Positions 33,436 through 47,212 are shown, counted from the first letter of the stretch. The stretch is DNA of 64,000 bases from Trypanosoma brucei (GCA_000002445.1 CM000208.1:1984001-2048000), one strand, 5' to 3'. Notes: a model not told the origin generated them from the sequence alone. Numbers and translations are program-made.

Positions 33436-34245
33436 CTACTCTTTCTTTCTTTTCTTCGTCTGACGTCCTTCCTCTTCCCCTTCCGGTAGGGTGCGAGGAA
33501 TTTGAAACGTATGACAAAATATTGGTAGCCCGGCACAGCGGTTTTTGTAGTCCATTCCCATGACTCGGATGCGGAGGATATTTTCGTGGGTAACTCCCTG
33601 GGGATCGTTCGTCAGTTGAGTAAGAAAGCTCCGAAGGTTCTCGTCGAGCTTTTCGATTGAAAGCCCCGTGTGACCTATGCAACACGTCACCGAGTTGTGT
33701 CCCCTGCGCGGCACCACCACAGTCTTTGCTGCTTCCCTTATTCTTTCAGCAAATGGAGAACGCCGCGGGACCCAAATGGGGTGCCGCTGGTGACCACAAA
33801 ACTCACCGGTCAACTGCGGTGGGTACTTTTTTACACCATACACAAAAAAATTGTCAAAACTTTTTGCGAGCGCCCTCACCGTGACGGGATGGGTAAATTT
33901 CACGCTTAGTTTGTTACTGTCAATGACCCTCTTAACACGCTGGAAAATGGCGTCACCGTCCTCGCTTAGTTTGAGAACCTCGTCCTTGTACCGCCGCTGA
34001 GGTGGGGGAGTTACTATGCATATGCTTCCCTGGTGAATTTCGTGTGGGACAATATAATAAAGGGGGACGCGGTGCGCCACGGGTGATACTAGGAAAGCCA
34101 CCTCTACATCCACCTTTCGAAAGGCCTTCTGAGGAGCGGTAGCAAACAGATCCTCTAGCGTATCGCTTACTTCGGAATGACCTGCCTCCCTCAGAAGGAA
34201 CTCGCATAACTTTTCCAGTGCCTCTCTGCTTCTTGGGGTCTCCAT
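33436..34245 (-). CDS. Ribosomal L1-domain-containing protein (putative pre-ribosome/nucleolar factor)
   Basis: Overall resemblance to L1-domain proteins and a basic KKRKKE tail. Start trimmed to METPRS. Weak call. Confidence 0.4.
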   Translation of the reverse strand: METPRSREALEKLCEFLLREAGHSEVSDTLEDLFATAPQKAFRKVDVEVAFLVSPVAHRVPLYYIVPHEIHQGSICIVTPPPQRRYKDEVLKLSEDGDAIFQRVKRVIDSNKLSVKFTHPVTVRALAKSFDNFFVYGVKKYPPQLTGEFCGHQRHPIWVPRRSPFAERIREAAKTVVVPRRGHNSVTCCIGHTGLSIEKLDENLRSFLTQLTNDPQGVTHENILRIRVMGMDYKNRCAGLPIFCHTFQIPRTLPEGEEEGRQTKKRKKE

Positions 34246-34474
34246 TGTGCTGCCCTTGGGATCACTCACAAAACGATAGGGGGGAGAAGCAGTATGAGGG
34301 AGGATAGAATGGGTAGAAGGATGAAGCGCCCAGAGAGGAGTCGGGAGTTCCCTCCAACTCGGAGGCTGCCGCTCGCTGCGGCTGCAAGAAGACAAAGAAG
34401 AAAGGTGGGAAGCGGATAGATAAACATGAGTGAAGAAACGCCAAGGGAAACGGTATTCTCCCCTAATGTATAAC

Positions 34475-37077
<2,603 letters not shown>

Positions 37078-38257
37078 ACACGCGTATGGCTTCAGACGAA
37101 CCGAAGAAGTTTAAAAACAATCAGACCATGCTCCGCTCCCCAGTGAAAGGGTACACCCTTCTTTAATTTCCGTGTGCAGCGGGCTCCCCCACCGCCCACC
37201 GCATTCTTGGCGTTCAGACTATACCACTGCGCGCCCTTTGCAGAACAGATCCGTCTGTGGCATTGAACAGTCTCCCTAACTTAATACAAAGATCAAAATG
37301 TGCGCACCTTTACGATTTATGCATCCCATGTGGTGAGCACCCCAAGAAGTGCTTGTGACAAGCAACCGTAAGGTGGGTTTGGGGTGTACGGGCCTCGGCA
37401 AGAGCCCAGTCATGGAAGAAAAGCATTAACTAATCCCATTTTTCGTTGGCCAATAGGGTAGCCGCGAGTTTGTTGCAGCATGTGTACGCTGGGTGGCGTG
37501 CATCTCCCCTGGCTCTCTCGTGCAGGATATCCCCCAGCCTCAAACTTTCAACAAGGCATCAAGACGCGCAGCGATTCACAGAGTTTGGGATTATCCCATC
37601 CCCGAACTAATCGGTAAATTCAACTTATCTCCTTCATCTCCTGGGTAAAGTATCGTCGGCTTCCCCTTAACACAGGGGCCCTGTATATTGCTTGTGGGAG
37701 GGGTGAATCCGTAGAAACGAAAACGCCATCCAACGTCCACGCCACCCAAACGCACTATTATGTAGAAAAATGAGCGCTGTCGCACACAAAATATGTCAAC
37801 CTTCCTAAGCAAAAAAGGAGGAGTTCAAGCTGAAGATGAAGAAACGGTGACGCAAGGAACCAGCCAAAGCCCACATAGAAAGGCATGAATATGAGTTTCT
37901 TATCAGTCGCCCCTTTCAAATCTTTTTATATACCTATTATCTACAGCGAGTAGGACTCTAGAGGCGCGCAGCACCCCCGACCCTCCGCCGTTATTTATCC
38001 CCCCCCCCTCCCTTCCGACATTTCAATTTCTTAAAGATACCCCGCTTTTACCACTATCATCTCTATTACCTGGCATTACGTTAGCCCCATAACCCACCCC
38101 CGCCAACGACCCCTTCTATTCATATATAAGGGGTTCTTCACTTTGTCTTCCATCCGGCAACTTGCAAACCATTGTTGCCCACATCATCGGAGCCGAAAAG
38201 CGAAAATAGCTAAGTGGATAAGGATTTGAAACTGGGCCAAACGTTTTCTTAATCTTG

Positions 38258-39751
38258 CTACAGATCTTGTTTATCAACATTGCTCTCATTGCTATCATTA
38301 CTTTCATTGCTCCTACTGCTCTTGTTCTCTTCCTCGCTTTTCTTCTCCTCTGTCACATTAGCTGGTTTCTCACTCACCTTAAACGTTGTCACATGTTTGC
38401 GAACAAATTCGTAGACGTTTTCAAATGAGCGTTCACCTTCGAAAACAACGGGTTTCCCTCCATTCGGGACGAAGAACACCGTCGGAAATGCTGTAACTGT
38501 AAAAGTAGACGAGTTAACGTAATTGGCTGTGGCATCAAGCTCGGCAACGATAAGGTCGGTTGCATCGAACTCCTTCGCGATCTTATCAAAGGTTGGAGCG
38601 AAATTCTTGCAGTGACCGCACCAAGGGGCAAAGAAAAGGATGAGCATGTCTTTTCCCGACGTAAGGTGCTTCTGCATTGTTTTTGCCACGATGGTGGTTT
38701 TGCCATCAACAGTCTCCACCTCGGGGACAGGGAGGGACTTGATGGTGGGCTCGACACGACCTGCAGCAAACTCCAGGATGAACTTCTCAAGGGACTCGCG
38801 GGTCACAACCTCCGCTGTGGAATGCAAGTAATTGGCGCCCCAGTGGATAGCCAAAAAGGCGGGGTACTTGGCGTCCTCCGGGACACCGAAGTCCCTCCAA
38901 ACCGGATGTTTCGAAATGTTAACCCAGAGAACTACCATATGGGATCGCATTTTTTTACCCACTTCTGTGAGGCTTTCTTTCAACTCGATCGAAGCAGTTT
39001 CATTAGGCTTGACCATAGCCCATCCTACGGGTCGTTTTATAACTGAGTAGTATTGATAGTTCTCCGGGGTAATTTCACCCCCAAAGGCAACGCGAGAAAT
39101 TTGAAGGAATTCTGTCAACTTCTCTACTTCCATGGGGCCATCGTAAACCTCCTTTTCGCCTCCCTTCCTGTACACCACAATGGTCTCGGGCTTCTCGTCG
39201 GGGAAAAGCTTAGGTTCTGCTTCAAAGAATTTGAGGCTGACTCTGAACGACTGCGCGGCCTCGGCCAGTGTGGTAGAAAGTGAAGTGCTATTGCTGGCTG
39301 TCAGGCCAACGCACACTACATCATGCTCCTCCTTTGCCCTTGTCACCTCTTCAGCATTGGACGCTGGCGTCACTGCCGGTCCAACGTTCGCTTTAATGTA
39401 CTTGATAATATCGTCCTTCGTGCGGGCACCACCGTAGTGCTCCGCCTCCTTGCCATTACGAAAGAGAATGATTGTTGGGTATCCCCTGATGGAAAAGTTA
39501 GCCGCCAATTCAGGTTGTGAGTGACAGTCGACTTCGCCCATAAGTGCATTGTCAATAGTTTCATTGGCCGCCTTCTCCCACTCTGGTGCGAGCATCTGGC
39601 AGTATCCACAGGTGTCAACATAAAACTTCACGAGAAATATTTCACTCTTTGCGATGGTCTCGTTGAAGTTCTCTTTGGTGAGCTTCAGGGATTCCGCAGT
39701 CGACTCGCGCATGGTGGCGAGCGCAAGAGCAACAAGAAAAATAGCGCGCAT
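38258..39751 (-). CDS. Protein disulfide isomerase (two thioredoxin domains, signal peptide, KQDL C-terminus)
   Basis: Active sites CGYC (FYVDTCGYCQMLAPEW) and CGHC (APWCGHCKNFAPTF). Hydrophobic N-terminus MRAIFLVALALA. C-terminal ...NVDKQDL retention-like tail. Confidence 0.85.
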   Translation of the reverse strand: MRAIFLVALALATMRESTAESLKLTKENFNETIAKSEIFLVKFYVDTCGYCQMLAPEWEKAANETIDNALMGEVDCHSQPELAANFSIRGYPTIILFRNGKEAEHYGGARTKDDIIKYIKANVGPAVTPASNAEEVTRAKEEHDVVCVGLTASNSTSLSTTLAEAAQSFRVSLKFFEAEPKLFPDEKPETIVVYRKGGEKEVYDGPMEVEKLTEFLQISRVAFGGEITPENYQYYSVIKRPVGWAMVKPNETASIELKESLTEVGKKMRSHMVVLWVNISKHPVWRDFGVPEDAKYPAFLAIHWGANYLHSTAEVVTRESLEKFILEFAAGRVEPTIKSLPVPEVETVDGKTTIVAKTMQKHLTSGKDMLILFFAPWCGHCKNFAPTFDKIAKEFDATDLIVAELDATANYVNSSTFTVTAFPTVFFVPNGGKPVVFEGERSFENVYEFVRKHVTTFKVSEKPANVTEEKKSEEENKSSRSNESNDSNESNVDKQDL

Positions 39752-40415
39752 CGTGACGCTTTTTATTAACTTAATAAAAAAAAGTAAACAGTATAACAAA
39801 CGTTCACCTAGCAAAGAGGAGAAAAGGGGTGCGAAGCAAATTTTGACACGAGGGATCTTCGGAGCGGCATGCAGTGACAGGAAAGTACGACACCAACGTA
39901 ATGCCTGCACTCGCGGTGGCACGAAAAAATAAATGTATCACAAGAGTCACCGATCCAGCAGCATACAACCGCCTGTATTCGCCCCGGATGCCCTGTAAAG
40001 GGGACCGTCAGCCAACATCAGGTGCGTGACGACCCCTCAACCCCTCTCATTTTTTGACTGAGGAGTAAACTCAGTAGACCCGACTCAACTCAACTGCGCC
40101 ACACTTTCTGTAAACACCTTTAACAAACAGTGAGATGATCAAAGCCTGTTGGCACCTGCTCGAAGTGACGGGGAAGGCTCCAAGAAGTGTGACTCGCGCT
40201 CGAAGATCGTCATTTTGTTATCGGTACTGCTACTCTTCACTACATCCCCCTATCCTATAGGGTAAAGTTGTGGATCCTATGCTAAGTAAACGACAAGGCT
40301 AAAGAAAAAGGTAAATTGCGACAGTTACACACACTTTGCTGCGGAACGCATTCAGGAAGACCGTTTGCCACACTTCACGCGGGGGATGACCCGCGTACCC
40401 TACAACATCACATTT

Positions 40416-41540
40416 CTACTTAGGTCCCAATGTTGAGGCCAGGGAATCACATAAAGACTTCAGTTTTCTGTTCTCGTTCTCTAGTCTGTGTGTTTCATTT
40501 TGCTTTGAGCGAACTTGATGTCTAAGGTCTTTAAGTTTAAGAGTATTTTTCTCCATTTGTGAGCCCACGCTCTCTCGTAGTTCATCTGTTGTGCTCCTTA
40601 GTTGAGTTACTTTTTCTTCCAAGTGTCTCAAATACTCACGGAGGTGCTCCCTCTCCTTCTGAACGTCGGTAGACTGACAGGAAGCCACATTCATCGAAAT
40701 TGAAGCCGGAGTGCTGGCACTGTCACTCCCTTTCGTATCACACAAACACTCCGTGCTGCCGAGAGTATCCTGAAGCAGCTGGTTCGCTCTTTTTATATTT
40801 TCAAGCTCTTCTTGAAGCAAGTTTCTCTCTTTTTGTATTTTCTCTACCGCATCTAATGTCGTTTTTTCATGAATATCGCGTAACAGGGCCACATTCTTCT
40901 TTGACTCAAGGAGAATTTCATCAGTTCTTTGCTTTTTAAGCTCCATCACACCCATGATCTCGCGTTTCTTTCTTAAGCAATGTCCAAACGTCCGCTCACG
41001 CTCACGGGACAACTCACGGATTGCCTTAAGCACCTCCCTTGCTCGATTGTCCTCTTCATGGGGAACGCACTGAACGCTGTGCTTCAGTGATGCATGCAAA
41101 TCGTTAAGCATCGAAATTAGCCTCACCAGGGTAACACGTTGCAATGCATTCTTGTTCTGAGGTTCTCTGCTCAGGTCGTTTATCTGAATTACGAGGTCTT
41201 TAACTTGTGCTTCTGCCGCGTTGAGACCTGCGTCCGCTTCAGACAATTCATTCAAGTACTCGTCGCGCTCCGAATATTTGGTTGCTTCTTCCTGAAGCAC
41301 TAGCCGCTCAGTGTGCGCAATTGTATTACTTCGGATCGCTTCTTCAAGACTTTCTTCTGCTTTTTTCAAACCTTCCTTGCTTTCTCCAATTGAATTCTCT
41401 GCATCCGCTATGGAGGAAGACAAAGAGAGTATCACCTGATTGCGCTGCTGCATGACCTTCTCTTGGATCAGTAAAGCTTCCTCCAGCCCTCTAAGCTGTT
41501 CTTTAAGCTCTTCAATGGATTCCCTTTGCTTAGCGTCCAT
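40416..41540 (-). CDS. Coiled-coil protein (hypothetical)
   Basis: 374 aa, heptad-rich E/K/L/Q composition throughout. No enzymatic motif. Confidence 0.45.
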   Translation of the reverse strand: MDAKQRESIEELKEQLRGLEEALLIQEKVMQQRNQVILSLSSSIADAENSIGESKEGLKKAEESLEEAIRSNTIAHTERLVLQEEATKYSERDEYLNELSEADAGLNAAEAQVKDLVIQINDLSREPQNKNALQRVTLVRLISMLNDLHASLKHSVQCVPHEEDNRAREVLKAIRELSRERERTFGHCLRKKREIMGVMELKKQRTDEILLESKKNVALLRDIHEKTTLDAVEKIQKERNLLQEELENIKRANQLLQDTLGSTECLCDTKGSDSASTPASISMNVASCQSTDVQKEREHLREYLRHLEEKVTQLRSTTDELRESVGSQMEKNTLKLKDLRHQVRSKQNETHRLENENRKLKSLCDSLASTLGPK

Positions 41541-41773
41541 CTTTGAATCCAGTGGCTCACCTCTATGTATTCGTAGGTTAACAATACTTTCCCTTTTTAA
41601 ACGTTTGTTAGCGCCTACCTTTCATGCAAATTGCGAAGTTCACAACGCAGAGGCGGGAATATTTGAAAAGGATGGAAGTTAAAAGAATTGGAGAGCGGCA
41701 TCGCACCAACAGCGGGCCCAAGCGAATAACAAAACGAATTGCGTAACAAAAAACTCAGCTAACCGCATTTTTA

Positions 41774-42595
41774 TCATGGCTTTCGCTGTAACACGAATGC
41801 GTAGTGAACCCCCATAAGGCACCTCCGTTCCGCTATAATTGAGTAGCAGTTGTCCTCTGCCACCCACCTTCCGTAATCGTGAGTAAGGTTCATTGAGCTG
41901 CGCGTCGCAGCACCGAACCAGCGAGTGAGCGAGGCTAACAGCGGCCATCTGGGTTTTCCAAAGTCCATAAGAAGAACATACCCTCCCTCCTTAACGTAGG
42001 CCGCGGCTGAGTTCAACATCTTCCGCGCCCCTTCCTGACCCATGTTCAACAATTCATTCCGAATCACAACGGTATCGTATTTCCTGAAGTCGGGCATTTC
42101 GGTCTCCCTCCGCTCAACAGTGTCAAAAGTTATAGAGCTCCCAGCCCAGTTATAATCATTCTTCAACATAAAACCCAAAGTCAGAGCCCGCCGCCTTTCA
42201 GTTTGCTCCTCTTCAGAAAGCGACAAGTCGGTTTTGTATTCGTCGTCATCAACCCTTTCCTTTACAATAAATTCGACACGAACAGCATTTGACATCTCGT
42301 AATATCTCACATCCCTTGCGTCTGCCACCTTTGGAGTGAGATCAAGCACTCGGCCTCTGCAATACTTCCGGTACATCCATGACACCGAACGATACATACA
42401 CCATTGGGGTATCAAACTCAAGCCCCAAATCACTGCAGAGCCAGTGATAAATGTCACTAGAAAAAGATTCCGCCCTTGAACTATCTTCAAGTATTTATCC
42501 TGTGGTATTTGAGTAGGTTCGTACCATTGTGCATCAGCACCATGTACACTGACAACCTTCCCCTGCATGCCGTTGAAAGCACTGGTGGCGCACAA
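41774..42595 (-). CDS. Hypothetical membrane-anchored protein with a degenerate class-I SAM-methyltransferase-like C-terminal region
   Basis: One TM helix near the N-terminus. YDTVVIRNELLNMGQEGARKMLNSAAAYVKEGGYVLLMDFG resembles MTase motifs II-III, but motif I is degenerate (VLDLTPK). Confidence 0.35.
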   Translation of the reverse strand: MCATSAFNGMQGKVVSVHGADAQWYEPTQIPQDKYLKIVQGRNLFLVTFITGSAVIWGLSLIPQWCMYRSVSWMYRKYCRGRVLDLTPKVADARDVRYYEMSNAVRVEFIVKERVDDDEYKTDLSLSEEEQTERRRALTLGFMLKNDYNWAGSSITFDTVERRETEMPDFRKYDTVVIRNELLNMGQEGARKMLNSAAAYVKEGGYVLLMDFGKPRWPLLASLTRWFGAATRSSMNLTHDYGRWVAEDNCYSIIAERRCLMGVHYAFVLQRKP

Positions 42596-42787
42596 AGGTG
42601 TTGTTAAGTCATGGATTTCTGTACAAGAGCTCGTACAACAGCAAGGAACGCCTCTTCAAAGTGCGCAAAACAACAACAACAATGATAATATTAATAATAA
42701 TAACGGTGGAGACACTACAGTCTCGCAAACAATAAACGCAAGTCTACACTAAGCAATAACGAGATACCCAACACGCTACTGGTTGCC

Positions 42788-43354
42788 TCACCTGTAAAAG
42801 GAGAGCACGAACCTCCAGTACCATATCGTCAACGGGTCCAACGGCAGTCCATCAAACCACTTTATTTTCACGAACGGCAACCAGTGCGGACCACTTGCAC
42901 AACTAGAAGTTAGGCACAGCAACCACCTGATTGTTTTGTCAAGTGTAACAAAGTCAAAAATTTCACCAATTAATGAACGATCCATTAAGGAGAATTCTCC
43001 CAACAAATGTTGCGAACCCGTCTTCTCCCTCAGCTGGCCATCTAAAGAGCGAACGTCGTTAAGAAAACCTGCACAGGGCCGCCTTTCCTGAAAGGACCAC
43101 GATAACTCAGCCATGTAAAGAAACCCAACAACGGAGCTTGCTAATCTCTGGGAAGCCCGTACCGCCATTCCAAGTCCGAAGTAGCCGCACGAAGCACCGA
43201 TCAATGCGAAATAAACCCCGAGGGGGTTGAATACACCATTAATAGTACGGCATATAACGGCGCGCTCTCCTATATTTGGTGTGTAGCCTTCTCTTTCTAT
43301 TTGTTTTAACAAACAAAGAAACGCATCCTCTTCAGGCAAAGATGACTGACGCAT
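42788..43354 (-). CDS. Hypothetical protein (188 aa) with predicted hydrophobic segments
   Basis: ORF in array orientation with protein-like composition. No motif recognised. Confidence 0.3.
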   Translation of the reverse strand: MRQSSLPEEDAFLCLLKQIEREGYTPNIGERAVICRTINGVFNPLGVYFALIGASCGYFGLGMAVRASQRLASSVVGFLYMAELSWSFQERRPCAGFLNDVRSLDGQLREKTGSQHLLGEFSLMDRSLIGEIFDFVTLDKTIRWLLCLTSSCASGPHWLPFVKIKWFDGLPLDPLTIWYWRFVLSFYR

Positions 43355-43568
43355 ACCATCTAAATAATACTGGTCGGTGTATCAAGCATATAAAACAGAA
43401 AAAAAAAAAGAAAAAACAGTATAAACGTAGGACAAAACTAGGATTTACAACAACTCACACAACTAACTCCAAGCAAGGATTTTTTTCCTCTCCACCAAAA
43501 AAGTATTAAAAATATAGGGAATCCTCAGATGATTGACAAAAAATTTATAACTTAAGTGATTGCTTTAC

Positions 43569-45791
43569 TTACTGCCCTCCTCTAGCACGACCACGCCCCC
43601 GGCCGCGCCCGTAGTCTGCTGCGCCACGGAAGTCGCTGCCACCTCCGCGTCCAAAACCTCGTCCCCCACGCATATACCCCTGGCCCCGTCCTCCACGGAA
43701 ATCGTTGCCATGCCCGCCCTTCTCGCAGTAGTGGGCAATATTTTCCACACTTCTCGCAGTAGCCTCCACCAGGTACTGCAGGCGTGAAATGTTGCTTCTA
43801 TCCACGTGAAGGTACTGATCATCTCTGTCCCACACAGCAATGAGGGGGGTGTTATTTTCTGATATAATACCGTTAATGACATGCTTAACTGTGCTCTCAG
43901 TTATATCAAACTTCTTGGCCATAATCTCCACGGATATCGTCGCAAAGCTACGCCTGCTGTTGTAACAGAATATCTGTAGGGCTGCTTCCTTCAAACGTTG
44001 TAGAAATGTGTCTCGTGCCTCAGTACCTCTCGGCATGTTATCCCAGACCTTCATGTTTTTGATAACTTCACTTGAGCGCGCATAATCACCCAGCTTCAAG
44101 GCAGTGTAAGCAGCTGTTATTTGCTCTCTGAACTCGATAGGCTCGCCCAGGAGTGGCTGAAACTGCATCTGATTTATTACACGGTAGAAATAGCGGTGAT
44201 GGTGTGTAACCTCGTAGGGCTTTTTTGCTTCGTCCACTGTGCCGACTACAAGCGTTGAAAGCATCGTTGCAAGCTCCAGCTGACTATAAGGGATGTGGGC
44301 GTGTGGAGGCAGTAGTAAATCACGGTACCTCAACTCCTCATCCCCCTTCTCATCTTTTAAATTCGGCAGCTTTTGGCCTATCAATACCTCAGGACCTTCC
44401 CACGAATTCCATAAAGGACTCAGGAGCTCATACGCTTGCATGATGTCACCCATAATGAAGGATGCCAAACCCAGTTGTGCGACAGCTCTGTTATAGAGGA
44501 CAGAATTATGGTTGGAGTTGCACAGCTTCTCTGCCCCACCAGAGCGTCGTATGAGATCCCGTCCCTCCCGGTACTTCCCTTCTAGTCCCATTTGGTAAAC
44601 CAAATGAAGCAGAGCAAGTGATTTGGACTCGTCATCACCGATGAGGAGGAGTTGCTCGTAGAGCGATCGCACTGTCTCAATAACACTGTCACTGACGGCC
44701 TCACGCTGTCCCGGAGGCATCTTGCCAAACAAAATCTCGTGGGCCTCCTGTCTCCTTGACCCAAGGATGTCAACAAGAATCTGGCAACAAACCGCTCTGC
44801 CGCGGCTGTTATCCCTATAATAGCCGAAGAGAGCGTCAGCAATAGCCACCAGCCGGTTCTCCAAGTGAACAATCTCGATATAGTCGGATGGAATACCGTC
44901 TTTAAATTGCGTAATGCGTCGCAGGTGTTTGCTGAGACTCTGCAACAGAGCATGCAACCCACCCTTAATGAATGCATCCCTTTTGTTGAGCTTGTCGGAA
45001 AATTTGTCCGATAGCCTTATTCCGGGATTTTCAACTATCAGACCGAAGCATTCCTCCAACGTATCACAGGATTTTGCCCACGTTTTGGTACTGACGTAGA
45101 CCTCGCGATTATCCTCTTCGAGAAGGGCATCCGCAACGATACCACATGTCGTGATCTGCAGTGCCTTATACCCTTTCCTTTTGCATTCGTTAGCAAGCTT
45201 ACGGTATTTGGACGCTTTCTTACCGGTACACGTCACGGACTCCCGCAGTTGCTTTACAATGTCGTCTTCAGTTAATTCCTTTTCCGCCTCCTCCTCGTCA
45301 CCTTCATCACCATCTTCTTCGTCGTACAAACGTTCAATATCGTCCTTGTACGTCTCCATCGCTTCTTCAACAGCCTTGATCAGCCCCTTGAGGGAACGAA
45401 ACTCCTCTGGCTTTGCAAATGATTCTCTCTCGGATAGGTGTGTCTTGAGATCTGGAGTGTTTCGGAGGCACTCCAGGAATGGGAAAGGTGTCGACTGAAA
45501 TCTCCGCTTGTGGATATCCGATTTCTCGCGAAGCTCTTTGAATGATTGCTCCGCTCCGACCCATGTCCCCTGATCAACGTTGAAGTCAAAAACATCGGCG
45601 TTTGTCTGTATTTCGTTCAATGACTTCTCACGCCGAGAAAGGACGACACGCTGTTCCTCTGCAGCTTCATCATCGGTTATTTCGAACCATTTTGGATCGA
45701 TCTGGGCGGTGTTCCTTTCTACCTGATCGTCGCGCTGGATAACTTCGTCGATACTTTCGTCACTGTCACTTACGTTAAAGAAATCCGCCAT
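43569..45791 (-). CDS. EIF3C: Eukaryotic translation initiation factor 3 subunit C (copy 1)
   Basis: MADFFNVSDSDESIDE start matches eIF3c MSRFF..SDSESE. Acidic region, PCI domain (…FATISVEIMAKKFDITESTVKHVINGIISE…), C-terminal RGG repeats. Central block aligns with human EIF3C (YNRAVAQLGLASF vs YNRTMVQLGICAF). Confidence 0.8.
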   Translation of the reverse strand: MADFFNVSDSDESIDEVIQRDDQVERNTAQIDPKWFEITDDEAAEEQRVVLSRREKSLNEIQTNADVFDFNVDQGTWVGAEQSFKELREKSDIHKRRFQSTPFPFLECLRNTPDLKTHLSERESFAKPEEFRSLKGLIKAVEEAMETYKDDIERLYDEEDGDEGDEEEAEKELTEDDIVKQLRESVTCTGKKASKYRKLANECKRKGYKALQITTCGIVADALLEEDNREVYVSTKTWAKSCDTLEECFGLIVENPGIRLSDKFSDKLNKRDAFIKGGLHALLQSLSKHLRRITQFKDGIPSDYIEIVHLENRLVAIADALFGYYRDNSRGRAVCCQILVDILGSRRQEAHEILFGKMPPGQREAVSDSVIETVRSLYEQLLLIGDDESKSLALLHLVYQMGLEGKYREGRDLIRRSGGAEKLCNSNHNSVLYNRAVAQLGLASFIMGDIMQAYELLSPLWNSWEGPEVLIGQKLPNLKDEKGDEELRYRDLLLPPHAHIPYSQLELATMLSTLVVGTVDEAKKPYEVTHHHRYFYRVINQMQFQPLLGEPIEFREQITAAYTALKLGDYARSSEVIKNMKVWDNMPRGTEARDTFLQRLKEAALQIFCYNSRRSFATISVEIMAKKFDITESTVKHVINGIISENNTPLIAVWDRDDQYLHVDRSNISRLQYLVEATARSVENIAHYCEKGGHGNDFRGGRGQGYMRGGRGFGRGGGSDFRGAADYGRGRGRGRARGGQ

Positions 45792-46139
45792 TTTACCTGA
45801 AAGCTCGATGCTGCTAAGATACCTGCGGTGTACATGCGGATGAGAAAAGGAGGTGAGAACAAAAAGAACAATTGAGGAAAATAATGTATCCGCGCATGAT
45901 AAGCGGGGGCTTGCTCAACCACCGGAGCGAGGTTAGCCACAACGATACTTAACGCATGTTGATATTAAAAAAAGGAGACAGAAAACAAGTAAGCGAATAA
46001 TCTGTTGAGAGAATATGCTCCCGTGTTTTTTTTCCAATTTGGCTTCCTCTCAGCTTCAATGATGGTGTCGACTCCCATAGTCCAAGCATCTTCAACTTGC
46101 AAAAGGTTAGTCATAAGAATATGGTCACTTACGGTAATC

Positions 46140-46472
46140 TCAGTCATCAACTTCAGTTTCAAAAGGCCTTCCAGCTGCAGCGGTACGAATATCTCTGCTG
46201 ATCCTGAGGCCCCTGGCACTCTCGCCATGCGTGTGTGTTGTCACTGCGACACCCGCGCTACATACAGCACCTGCTCCGCATGAGGGCTGTGACGTAGCCA
46301 TAAAGCGTAACGAGTGTGCGAGCTTGTCGAGAAAGGCGCATAGTTTTGCAAGTATGATGTCCGTTCTCTCAACTGCGGTCCAGTTTTTCTCCTGCATGTC
46401 CTGAATCTCTTTCAACATTTCATCAAGATGCATTGTGAGCTGCGGGTGAAAGAACAGGGGAAATGGTAACAA
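46140..46472 (-). CDS. Small hypothetical ORF (110 aa) conserved in both repeat copies
   Basis: Protein-like N-terminal 45 aa (MHLDEMLKEIQDMQEKNWTAVERTDIILAKL...). Overlaps a second-frame ORF (45965-46228). A frameshifted or degenerate gene is possible. Confidence 0.2.
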   Translation of the reverse strand: MLPFPLFFHPQLTMHLDEMLKEIQDMQEKNWTAVERTDIILAKLCAFLDKLAHSLRFMATSQPSCGAGAVCSAGVAVTTHTHGESARGLRISRDIRTAAAGRPFETEVDD

Positions 46473-46527
46473 AAAATTAAAGGCGTCTAAGAAAAAGCAC
46501 AGTTATTGGCTTACCATTATAACCAAT

Positions 46528-46992
46528 CTATCCGTCAAACATCCTTTTTATTTTGGTGGAAATATGTTCATTAGCAAACGAAACAACGGCCGCATTCGCA
46601 CCAACAATCTGATGCTGCTCAACGCCTTTGACATGTCTCAAATTTAACTCAACCCATAAAGAAGTGGCCCCACGTATAATGACGAACCGGGATGGTCTGT
46701 GCGTCACACTGCACCCTGGTACCTCAGAAACAGGAGGCACAGTAATGCTCACTCGTATCGTTTCACCAAATAGTAAAAACCCGTTCATTTTTATGTAAGC
46801 CTCTTGAGCAGACACAGATTCCGCGTAAGTCACCAGTGCCTCACCTACGTCGACATCCAAGAGAACGTCATACAACGACCCGAGTTCCCCAAAGCAGCGT
46901 AGGAGTGCTAATCTGCAAAACTCTACACCAAATGTAAACTTTAAACCCTGAACGCGAAGCGCCTCCATCACTCCCCCATCAAGGCATAACAA
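46528..46992 (-). CDS. RRM-like domain protein (copy 1, 154 aa)
   Basis: GELGSLYDVLLDVDVGEALVTYAESVSAQEAYIKMNGFLLFGETIRVS has the RNP1/beta3-alpha2-beta4 pattern of an RRM. Confidence 0.45.
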   Translation of the reverse strand: MLCLDGGVMEALRVQGLKFTFGVEFCRLALLRCFGELGSLYDVLLDVDVGEALVTYAESVSAQEAYIKMNGFLLFGETIRVSITVPPVSEVPGCSVTHRPSRFVIIRGATSLWVELNLRHVKGVEQHQIVGANAAVVSFANEHISTKIKRMFDG

Positions 46993-47212
46993 TGGAAAAG
47001 TGGTTTAATCTAAAGTAATACCAACAAATAGGCAGCAAAGCAAGAGGCGAAAGTTAATACAGCAGTTCCAGCACAAATACATAATATATCAACAACTAAA
47101 CCAGTAACATAAACAGATAATTTACGGTCATAAACATATGATTAGCAGTCGGTTAGCGTAATTACGTTTAATATTTAAAGTAGAGCTGTAACAACTTAAG
47201 TGATTGCTTTAC

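Noticed and set aside
43565-43882. 105-aa minus-strand ORF overlapping the 3' end of eIF3c (and its twin at 47209-47526)
   Set aside because: An alternative frame over the RGG-repeat-encoding region of eIF3c. The eIF3c frame has clear homology, so this is spurious.
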